DNA from: Trichinella spiralis
Lineage: Eukaryota
Assembly (NCBI RefSeq): GCF_000181795.1
Contig: NW_003526945.1
Span: 2,405,930 to 2,469,929, forward strand
DNA: 64,000 nucleotides
Direction of reading: 5' to 3'
Part shown: piece after piece, positions 1-11,228 of the stretch
Layout: every line of letters begins with the position of its first letter
How positions within the stretch are numbered: the stretch's first letter is position 1
The notes under the pieces: generated by a model
Databases searched by the model: none
The model's input: only the letters and a program-made list of their open reading frames with translations
Told to the model about the DNA's origin: nothing
Made by a program: the position numbers and the translations under genes

Positions 1-2203
1 TCAGCAGCTAGCTAACTGTGCTGTGTTGTGCGGTGATTGATTGTTAACATTTGGTTTTTCCCCTTTTACAAAACACTACCAGTACGCAGTTCAAATACAT
101 TATCATCGACTAATTGAGCTTCTATTTTTATGATTCACGAGCATAAAATAATCCAGACATATAAAAAAAAGTCCCATCCTACTCAATCAAAGTCGAAATG
201 CCACTCACACTAAGCGAGCAAGTGTATGACAAATAGAGTTGTTGGCTATTATTCTCATTCTTTTATCATGTTACCCTATTAGTAAAACACCATTATAAAA
301 CTGATAAATTATGAATACTTGAATCGGTTTTCTTTAAATACTTTCACAATTGCATTATTATAATGATCTGAAATTGTTAAAATTGATAAATTTTATCAGA
401 AAATACGGAAACGATGAAACCAAATGATGATCAGTGAACAAATCAGCTAAATGAGCATGAACAATAAATCATTTATAATACGGCCGAGTATAGGTAATGT
501 GAATTTGAAATGGAGTATATTGGAATGTATATCTGAGAAAAGTAAAATAACAATGCTTTTGCAGCAGTAATGAATGAATAAATAAAAGAAAAAAAAGACG
601 AAACGAAACTATAAATTTATTTAAATGATAGCTTCAATCATTGAGATCAATGAAATAAATCAACCATTTGGAATATGCTTATTCCGCTGAGAAAGAAATC
701 AAATCTGTTGAAGTGAATTATTTCTGAAAGCTTCTTTATAATAGTCTATTAACTGATTTTTGATTTTGATAAAGGTGTACGCTTTTTTACTTTATAAAAA
801 GAAACAAACAAAGACACATGTGCTTCAAAGCCTCACATAACCACGAAAACGCTCGCTATATGATTGAAAATGGTGGAAAAAAAACATTTCTTTAATGTAG
901 CAGTTCAATTTTCGTCGACTATCATCGTCAAAAATTATATTCATTTCATTAATATCAGCTTATTAAGCAATTTTCCAAAAGCAGCAGTACAAAGATTTAA
1001 TAAAAGAAAATTAGAAAAGTACAAATAATTCCACTTTTACCAAGTGTAGTGGAGATTTTTCATTGTTAATAAAATGTTAGATTCGATTTTGTCCAATAAT
1101 TGGAAATTTTGGCTCAAATTGCGGTATAATTGAAAAATGCAAAATTATCTGAAATGTAAATGAATAAATAAACAAATATCTATCTACTAGTAATCATTGC
1201 TATCTGCCCGATATGATAAGTTCGAATGAGAATGCTGAGCAAAGGCGCAATCAATTCTAATTCACAGCTGTTCAAATATGCGTACAGCTCAAATTTTATT
1301 GCTTTATGCTGCTATCCAAGCAGTATACATATAGGAAGAAGTACATATTATACATTTATTTATTTACATGCGTGTGCGTGTTGCCTTTTATACAACTACT
1401 TAGCATTCATATTTAGCCTTCAGTTTTGTTATTAAAAATGAAATACAACAAAATCCACCTTCAACAATCCAATTGTTAAATCTGACAACGCAATGAAGAA
1501 TGAATAATAGCACAACCAGAAGAAGATTAGACGAAGAGAGGAGGGGGGAATTGATACAACTTTACCCCATAAAACTTTACCGAAAATTCAATTTACATAT
1601 TCTACTGTAGTTGATGATTTCAAATATTTAAGTGTGTTGTCTGGAAAGCTGCGACAGGATGAATTTGTAAGCAAAGATATGATCCAGAAACAGAACAAAA
1701 TATATGAAAAATATTACACACGTACCGGTTAAGATTTCAAGCAAGAAAATGAAAATTGGCAGGAGTTGACCGTAATAACGTTGATGCATGGTAATGCTTA
1801 TCCGGACCAGAAATGCCCATCAGTGACGCAGAATAATTCATGAACATAATGTTCCGGCGGCTGAGCAGCTCGTAAGGCGAACGGGAAACCAGCGCCAGCA
1901 GTGCGTCGAGATTTTTAGCAAGGTCAATGAATCATCAGCACAATGGCCGGCGTCGTAATGGACGTTGCTACTTTCCTGAAAAAAAAGCTCTAATGTAATT
2001 TTTCTCTCCTTTTTCCTTTTCCGAAATGTTCAAGCGTGCTTTGTATACTAGGAGTGGTGAAAAGAATTAGCATCGTTCTTAATTATTCAATTCTATTAGG
2101 TTTTTTTACAATCCATTGAGAGAAATGAAACCAGCCTTGAATGAGAACAACCAATGAGATGATGTAGAAAAGAGCCAAAAGCTAGAAGACCAAGTTCCAA
2201 GAA

Positions 2204-2204
<1 letters not shown>

Positions 2205-2234
<30 letters not shown>

Positions 2235-2237
2235 AAA
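2205..2237. repeat. (AAG)n microsatellite
   Basis: About 11 AAG units, read directly. Confidence 0.95.
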
Positions 2238-2891
2238 TGACGAGGATGAAACTACGGCCGTAAAGTTGCAGATTTGAAATTCAATGCAAGCGGCAGTGAA
2301 AGGTAGCTTGTGGTAAATGGGGGGTTTTCGTTTCGCAAGGTGATGATGGATGGCCAGAGAAACAGCCGAACACTTGAAACCTCCACTGCTTCCAAATGGC
2401 GCTTCCCACCCGCTGCTTATCGACGCAGTGCCGCCAACTGCCACAACACAAGTGAACACGATCTTATGATAGGAACTTTTGGCATGAAATTTCCAACTGA
2501 ACTTATGTCCAACCACATCAGCAGACCTGGGAAAGGCGATCAGCCGTCATAACTAACTGGAATATACGCATCGAATGCATTCAAGCATTAGATAAGTAAA
2601 AATTGATGACACCCTGCAAGAAGTTAATACAAAACGGTTGCACAAATGGGGCGACGCTTGTCGCGTAATAATTATTTAGTTGATTTGAACAATCGATCAG
2701 TACTAATATTATGAAATACAGGAAAAAGCAATTTGCTATGTATTTATCATTATTCTATTGAAATTGTATTGAAAATTAAAAAAAAGAAACTATAATGAAA
2801 AAGATTAAAATAAAATGATAATAAAATAATAAACCAGAAAAAAAAGAAGAAGAAGAAGAAGAAAAAAAGCAATAAATGCCATCTATATAAA

Positions 2892-2942
2892 ACTAACTGA
2901 CTAACTAGCTAACTAACTAACTAACCAACCAACCAACTAACT
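2892..2942. repeat. Compound (CTAA)n/(CCAA)n tetranucleotide repeat
   Basis: actaactgactaactagctaactaactaactaaccaaccaaccaactaact. Confidence 0.85.
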
Positions 2943-4542
2943 CTGCATGCATGCATGCGAATAGACAACTAAGCTTTACAGCTGTTGTCTGTTTGAATGG
3001 AATGTTAAATTCTTTTGAACGTGCATGCAGTTGAGCCTAATTTTCTCCAGTTGGAGATATTAATCTGTTCAAAGCTGGGAAAAAAAATCCGTTCATTTTA
3101 ACGCCAATCCTGAAAGCAACGTCCGGTGGTATTAGAAAACTGGAAGCCATAGTCGAATCGGAAGGCGGCTTATTTTTCCTTGCACACTAAGTAAGTAAAC
3201 CAGTAGGCCATAATCGTCAGCCGGTCAATAGCACGCCACTCGGCAGCCAATTGATCAAATTGTGATCATCATTACGCATCACAATGCACACCGTAAATCG
3301 AGACAACGCCCGCAAGCTTTGCTTAACGTAGAATATCTGAATCGATGATTGACATTCGACCAACACAATGCTGACAGTCACTTGTGTCTATTGGTTTGCC
3401 CGGGCTGGATGGAGCCTGGAAATACGGTTAGCAGTGGAGCTTGAAAAAGTGTCCAAGCTTTTCCTCCAACCCTGTGCTCGGGGAATCCGCGACGGAACCA
3501 ATCTGCTCTCCCGTTAGTCGGACCATCGATCACCGCCTTAGACAAATCCTGCTAGGTTGGTTAGGTTTGAAATTTGAAAGGAAAAATCTTCCACAGCCGC
3601 TTTTCAAGCACAAGCTGTCTAGTAAGAAAAAAAAACCAAAAATATAAAAACATCAACCAGATGAAAAAAACAACAAGAAGAAATTCCAAATCATGCAATA
3701 TTTCAATTGTCATCGTTTGGTCAATATGCAAGCTTATTATATATATATATATATGCATAACTTGGGATTGGAAATGGAACAAAAATAAAAATTTGTTTTT
3801 ATCATTGGAAAACTTTTTTCACTATTCATTGATGATGATATGATGGCAATTTGATCAAAAAGATGAAATGAAATTTCAAAATGAAATAGAATTTTTAAAT
3901 ATTCAAATCCCTATCAGGACATATCATTTGATGTTGTAAGTGAAAATTTAATAAACAAGCTAAAAGAACTAACGAATAATAATAATAATAATAATAATAA
4001 TTACGAAGCAAACAAATTCCATTGGAAAACTGCAACACGCTTGAATGATCAAAATTTTGAGTGAAATATGCAAAGACAAATATTAGCGAACAATCTTTCA
4101 CAAGTCAAACGATGCGTCACAGAAATGCCAATGTTGACCGAACATTTCCGAACCGATTTTTGTTTGCTTTGTAGATTAATTTTAAAAATTTGCATAAAAG
4201 CGTGATCATTTATTATTTACCTCTCTCCGTTTGCAAAAATGGAAGTGCTTAATGATGATTGCAATTAAAAATTTTGCTCATCCATGCAAAAGCTTTATAT
4301 TGCACTAAGAAACTTGAAAAATTGTTTCAGATGCTTGAAATGTTCTCATATTTGTGTATTTGTGTGTGTGCCTATGTATACAACAAAAATGCCAGTTAAT
4401 AATGGAGAAAAAGTGAATACATTCAATGGAAATGATCAATTTTTCCAAAGTAATTGATTATCAATTGAGTGAAGAAAATAAATTAATGAAAATGGAATAA
4501 ATTTTACTTCTGAAATTATTGCCATTTCAATTTCATACGTAC

Positions 4543-4661
4543 ATCAAACGGACGGAACAAGCCTCTGCTATTTTAGAACCAACTTCTTTCTCCTTGGCCG
4601 CAGCTGTTGTAATTAATTTTTCAACGGCTCTTCTAAACAACATTCAACATGCTAACTATAC

Positions 4662-4693
<32 letters not shown>

Positions 4694-4762
4694 ATATACG
4701 CTATATATGAGCTGTTTGAAGGAGCATGCATGCTTTTACCTGCAACACGCGATGATGTTCAT
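4543..4762 (-). CDS. Candidate small spliced ORF of unknown function (MNIIACCRRAVEKLITTAAAKEKEVGSKIAEACSVRL...)
   Basis: ATG exon 4762-4740 with AG|GTAAAA donor, TTTAG| acceptor at 4633, stop-free 90-nt exon 4632-4543 with GTACGT donor; phases agree. No recognisable homology. Confidence 0.25.
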
Positions 4763-4793
4763 TTTGAAAAATAAATCCATCCACTTGATGACT

Positions 4794-5210
4794 TTATCAC
4801 TTTTCTGATAACGTTCAAAATGTAAAAATATCATTATCATTATGATTTATATTCAACATCATTTGATGAACTTTAACTTTTCATTGCTATAATCAACAAC
4901 CAATTTCTGAACAATCAATCAAACAACTGGGAATGTGAATAAAATTTTCACCGGATATGTTGTATTTATTCTTCAACAAAACAGTTTCAACAATTTCTTT
5001 TTATTAATTCAAATTTTTATTCAAGAACAAAAATGATGATGACACGATGTTCACTTGCTCAATCGTGCAAAACAGAAGAGCGTTGGATTTTTGTAATTTT
5101 AGTAAAACTGATAACATGACACTATTATGCAAATATTTTGCTTCTTCTGCTTATCAGTAAAGTAAACATTCAGCTCACCGATGTGATCATTTTTGAGCTC
5201 TTTTATCAGT
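4794..5210. promoter_or_regulatory. GATA-site cluster (six TGATAA/TTATCA, three as ACTGATAA)
   Basis: Sites at 4794, 4806, 4834, 5109, 5151 and 5203; ACTGATAA at 5107 (+), 5151 (-) and 5203 (-). Confidence 0.45.
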
Positions 5211-5277
5211 CATAAGCGTGGTTGGAAATCAATACAACACCGAGACAATCGTTCCGAAAGGCTTGCTGCCGCCGTTC

Positions 5278-5311
<34 letters not shown>
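5278..5311. repeat. (AAT)n microsatellite
   Basis: About 11 AAT units, read directly. Confidence 0.95.
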
Positions 5312-5312
<1 letters not shown>

Positions 5313-7109
5313 ATTGGTGTAAAAATTGGAACTGAAAAGCCAACTGAATTTATTTACTCATTTTAAAAAGAATAGGGGAATTATTTTTAAAAAAAAATTT
5401 TATTTTTAAATGGAACTTCTTACACCCACACAAATAACTACTTTTCATTGTACAAAAATATATTTCTGTGTGCTGCATGTGTGATTTCTTCAACTGATTA
5501 TGCATGTAAACAAGTGAACAAAAATCACAGATTAATTATTTTGCTTTTTGATCAATCAACTTTTCAATGCAAATTTTGAAATAATTACTTTTCACAGTTG
5601 AATGAATTTTTCAAATGTTTGTGCAAACAACAAATCCGAACTACAACAAACAAGCGGCAGTTTTGGACGTTACGAATCAAAGCATTTCGACCTGTTCCTT
5701 TGACCATTAATGTTGAACATATTCAAGTGAAATTGAACAAAAATTTCATTTCAAATTGTTCAAATAGCTTCAGGAAAGCTGTTTCACGTCGGTCAACCGA
5801 TTCGGCATTTATTCGCAGATGATGACGTGGAACGGAAAAATGGTGTCAGAAATTGTGTACTATTTTCCTCCTGCATGTTGAAATAGTGTCAAATGATCCC
5901 AGTGAACACATTACGTACGGCAAATTCTCAACAAAGTGCTTGTGTTGTACATTTCCATTTTTTTGCTGCTTAAAGTTGCAAATTGCCCAATATATATATG
6001 CATTTCTCAAATGAACATGCTCTTCGAGAGCATACTGACAGTCGTGAAAGAGATATATTTTACATTAGTGATGGACTTTCGGATCGCGTGTATATTCGTG
6101 AAGCTTTGCAAAGACAACCAACTGGAGAAGAAGAAGAAGAAGAAAAAGAAGCAGAAAAGCGGAGAAATTGCAAACAAGAACAAAAAGCACTCACTTTCAA
6201 AACAAGCATCTGTTCAATAGCTACGGTGAAAGTTTTGCAAATTGTAACGTTCGACAATACTCCCGAAATTATTAATTATTTTTATTTTGCATTATTTGCT
6301 TCTTATTGCAGTTTCTTTCGGCAGTTATCCTAGGCTGCTTGTTGTCTCAGTGCAAATTTACCAATTATTTAACCGAATATTGCTATCGTCGTGGTACTCA
6401 ATTTGAACTACAGAACATACCCATCGTCGTGGTCGCCTTTCAACTCATTGTTTGTTGTATATTTTTGATCTGGTGGATTGTTGTTTTGCAAACAAACAAT
6501 GCAGCAAATTTACCTCAATCCAGCATAGATGGATCGCTGAAAAAAGCGGTAAGCGAACGAAAAATTAATCCCACTTTTGCATTCAAATTCAAACTAATCG
6601 CGTGTCAAAGGTTAATTTTCTCTTCAATATTGTTCTAAAAATTTGTTCGTTGAAGATCAATTTTAAAATTATTTTTGATGGATGTTTTCAAATTGTTCAA
6701 AAAAGTCCAATTTGTCGCTTTTCGATGTAGGATGGCATTGTCAGCGTGTGCTTTTTCGTTGCCACGTTGCTGGCGTTCATGATTGAAATCGGCATGCTGA
6801 TCAAATTCAATGCCGGATTCTCCTGCGCCACATGTCACATTGAATTTCTTTGGACATGCACAGCTGTGAGTATTTTACAACTTTTGTTATTCGAATGCAT
6901 TTGTTCAACATTTCAGATATGCCTTTTACTCTGCACACTGATACACCTGTGGAATGCAACCGTCTGTCTACGATGTCGTTTCCGCAAACGCTAATAATTG
7001 GCAAAAACAGATTTCTTCTTTTTCTTCTTCTTCTTCTTATTCTCTTGTTCCTCTTTATTCAATAATTTCATTTTTCCTTGTACATTTTCAAATTTATAAA
7101 TGATCATTT

Positions 7110-7623
7110 TCAAACATGCTGAGGACGATTTTGCGTCGTTGGAAGGCGTGGCTCAAGCGGAACGCGATTGTCATAAAACGAAGGCGCCTGGAGTAAAATA
7201 ATGACAGTACCAAAGAAGCAAGCTGCTGCAAAAATCCACAAAAACAATCTGTCCAATACCATCTGAAAAACAAACCATTATCACATCACAATAAGGGCAT
7301 AATTGCTGCACAATTTTTCCGCTTACTGCAACGTATTTCCAATCTTCGTCAATCTGAAACATTTGAATTCGAACGACATTTTTAATAATTGAACACAAAA
7401 CAAATTGTCTATCACCTTGTCATCGCGATCTTTCTTCTGCAAAAGCCTCGCAATGAAGCACACGTTGCGGAAAGCTCTCACTACTGGAGGTGAGATGTAA
7501 ATATCTTCCGCAATAATCTCGGATGATTCAGTGGTAGTTGGCGTGACAGCAGGACTTTCTTGAAAAGCGAAAATGTGCTTTTCCGAAAATGCATTTTGAA
7601 AACATTGCTGTTCGTGCTGCAGT

Positions 7624-7655
<32 letters not shown>

Positions 7656-9803
7656 GTTGCAACAGTTGCTTTGTTCAACGGTTCCAGTGAAAGAAGGTTT
7701 TCTACTTTGAACATAGTTGGAAGATCTTGTCGAACGGCGACTGTCCATTCTACGAAATGAATCATCATCACCCAATGGACGACGCATCAGCAAATATTTG
7801 GGCAACGTTCTCAAAAAAACCCTCTTCACCCATTTGGGCATTCGATGAGTTGTTGGAGTTCGAAAATGCAAATTCAATGATACCACAGTGACAATCACCG
7901 ACAACGTGACCATCACCATTGTGAACAGCAAATATTTGCCTGAAATTTACCACTTGCAGCAATTATAATATAATTGTAAAAAAGTTGTAAATAATTCTAA
8001 ACCCCTGTGAAAATATCCTATTGACGTTGTGTCACATTTAACTTTTTATTGCCTGCCAATCATTACTAATGATCACAGACAATGCAAGATATTATTGTCA
8101 TTTTCTGAGAAATGATGTGAAAAAAGAAATTTGAAATGGTTAACCAACATTTTTCATTCAATACAACTGCTAACAACTTACACAATTCAACAAACTTAAA
8201 CTGAACAAACTGAAACGAAATAATTTTTACACTGTAGAGACTATTTTCTTAATTTAATTAGATATTTTAAATAACAAGTAATAAAATATCACAGCCGAGC
8301 GAAAATACTTACCGATCAATGGCAATACGATACTTGTAGCGGGAATGATTTCGGTCAGAAGTAAAAAGAAGACAGTAAGCGAAACCAAAATTGAAATGCA
8401 CAAAGAAATCTTTTCATTACTATCACTTGGCAAATAGAAAACCAATATAGTCAAAAAAGAAATTCCAATACAAGGAAAAATCATGTTAACCGTGTAAAAT
8501 AACGGCTTTCGTCTCAGATTGATGTAATAAGTGATATCAATGAAATCTCGATCAAAAGATGCGCAACAGCTGTTGTAATGCTTTCCGTGTCGTTTCGCAG
8601 GAATGGATAAAATATCCCACTCCACTGACGGATAATAATCAGACAAATCTGTAAAATTCTGGATTGTCAGTAGAATAATTTATTAATTTTCAATTTTATT
8701 AAAAAATATTCCAAATTGAAATTCATACCAATTCCATTCCATACTACTGTTATATTTTTCCAAGTGTCATCACGTTCGTCGAGTTCGAGAACAAATTCAA
8801 TAGCTTCATCCATGTGCTGCAAATCAATCTGCGCTTCTGTGTATGACCATGAGCCAAATTTCAGATGACAAGTTTGCTCGTCAAATGGAAACCTAAAAAA
8901 AATATTTATTACTGTAGCATTGATGAAGAAAAAAAAATCAAATGCCTGACTGACCATTCCACATTGATTGAGCACATGCTTTTGTAAATAGCCGGTGGTT
9001 CCCAACGAACCAAACCTGTATAATGTAAAGTTGCCTTAGTTGTGATTGTAATGTTATAATTGCTAGCCGCGCTGAAATGTTTGTTCATTAGTCATAACTG
9101 GTGAGAATGAAGCACAATGCTACACAACAGACTTGTTGTATAAAACAATATCCGGCAGCCAGATCATTTCAGCAGGCACGTAAAGCACGCTCAAACCACC
9201 GTACTGTTGTGGATCCCAAATCAATTTGTTATCAATCCATTCTTGCTTCAACCAAACACTGGTTGTCATGATTTGATCCTTTTCATGCTTGAAAGCAAAT
9301 ATATTGTTTTATTTATAAAATATAAAAATGATCATTTAGTAACAATTTTCTTACAACGTCGATGATTTGAGAAAGCCGTAATTTCAATTTTATTGTCAAT
9401 ATGTCATTTGGATTCTTCACCGGCCGACGCAGTTTGTTGTAATTAATCAAAAGATCATCGAAAAGTCGCTTCGCATTTTCATTAGCAGGAGCGGCTGAAA
9501 GCAAAATTTAAGCAATTTCCTTCAAATAGTTTTCGTAAGAAAACCCAATTAAAAAACAAATTATTATTATTGAATGTAAAAGTCTCAAAGTGAGTTGTAA
9601 TGTGAGAAAAGATAAAATGTGTAATTGGGTTTTCAATTTTTCTCATGAGAGTTTCAAAAAAGAACAAATTCGGCTATTTTCAAATAAACTGAAATATACA
9701 AACCATGACCAACGCGGGAAGATGAACAAATTAAATAAAACAGCAAACCAATAATGTGAATAATATCCAATGGAAAACAATGTGAAAATATCTTCTTCGA
9801 CAT
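7110..9803 (-). CDS. unc-38: Nicotinic acetylcholine receptor alpha subunit, UNC-38 type (9 coding exons, ~571 aa)
   Basis: Phase-consistent GT-AG exons 9803-9704, 9494-9355, 9287-9133, 9071-8955, 8892-8729, 8648-8313, 7939-7416, 7353-7327, 7262-7110. Signal peptide, then [22 protein letters not shown], Cys-loop [15 protein letters not shown], vicinal cysteines in the atypical YNSCC (YxxCC) motif characteristic of UNC-38, [12 protein letters not shown]1-TM3, and [14 protein letters not shown] (TM4). Confidence 0.93.
7623..7654 (-). repeat. Coding (CAG)n repeat giving a polyglutamine tract in the UNC-38 intracellular loop
   Basis: Plus strand (CTG)n; translates as [17 protein letters not shown] within exon 7. 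Confidence 0.93.
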
Positions 9804-11188
9804 TATGCAAATTGGAGTGGGAGAAAGCTAAAAGAAAAAAAAACAAGTAAGCATTTTTTTCTTTTTCTGATAGCTGCTGCTTCTTTATACTTTCGTTCGC
9901 TTTTGGTCGAACAGAGCCAGTGTAGGATGGAAATATGCAAAAAATTAAACGTAGAACTTTATTTTTTCACTTCGTGTTTTATTTATTTGCAAATGCAAGA
10001 AAGAGTCGGTGGTGGTGGAGGAGGAGTTTGGTACCAGGGCAAAAGCACGTCTAGCGCATTTGAACAACGCCAACCAAACTACTGCAACTGACACCAGCCG
10101 CGAGTTTCAGAAAGCTGCTCAGATCGATTTCTATTCACAAAGAACAACAGAGAGGAAATGCCGTGTAAACACACACACACATACACACACACACACACAG
10201 CTTCAGAGTGAACTGCTTGCTGCCTACTATGCTAGCCGTGTTTTAAAAATTATTTGGAACTCTCAGAGCATTGATCGACCGTTGATTACATGTTCAAAGG
10301 AAGAATTAAAAAAAATAACCGAAAAACAATAAAACCAAGGAAAAAAATCACAGAAAAGCAAAATGAAAACAAGCATAAGAAACAAATTAATCATAAATCA
10401 TTCAGAGTCCATTTTTTTCAATTATAATTTCTCGTGCATAACCTAGTAGTGTAGTAAAAAAATAAAATGAAATAAATTAAATTAAACAAATTATCCTCAT
10501 TATACTCATCGTAAATAGCTTAAAAATTATGCTTCACATCATCAATTGTTTTTTTCATTTCTTCTCTTTCGATCTCTCGTAGAGAGGGGTAGGTTGCGAG
10601 GTTTCAATGCACTTCAATTGAAATTTCTGAAAATGTGTAATTTTCCATCCAATTTTGCATATTTTTAAAAAATAATAAAAACTGGGAAAAGTTGACAAAT
10701 ATTCTTCTTCTTGTGATTTTAATTGTGCAGCATTGCAATGTTCGAACTGCATTCTTTTTGCACTGTAAAAAGCACAATAAGCAATATTTGCCCAGTGAAC
10801 GAGAGAAAGAGAAAATGGAAAAAGTATTGTGCAAGGCAAAATGTTCAAAACACTGTTGATGAGAATAAAAAAATTTCAGCCACTGTCAAATCTGAAGAAG
10901 AAGAATGGAGAAATAAATTTAAAAAGAAAATAAAATTACACATGTGAATTCAGTTTCATCAGTGTCCAAAGATGAGACCAATTATTCAACGAAATCAATG
11001 ATTCTTTTTTTTCATAAAAAAATATATATATATAATTCGAAAGAAGAAGAAGAAGAAAAACAAGAAGAGCAGGCATGCATTCGCATTGGCGGCATTCAGA
11101 CGAAACTAAGCAGAATAGCAACTTTCGGCATTATTGAAAAACTAATGAAGATAAAAAAAGAATAGAAAAAGAAAATGAAAGAAAAAAG

Positions 11189-11219
<31 letters not shown>

Positions 11220-11228
11220 AATGAAAAC

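Noticed and set aside
3170..3200. Minus-strand GCAAGGAAAAATAA resembling the U12 snRNA branch-point recognition region
   Set aside because: It reads GCAAGGA rather than GTAAGGA, lacks the 5' TGCCTTAAA-type start, and has no Sm site at the expected distance.
5936..6333. ORFs with poly-E or poly-K tracts
   Set aside because: The tracts come from a (GAA)n microsatellite; no domain signal and no consistent splice structure.
6785..6820. Short hairpin (GAAATCGGCAT...ATGCCGGATTC) downstream of unc-38
   Set aside because: Only ~13 pairs; too short for a pre-miRNA and within chance expectation.
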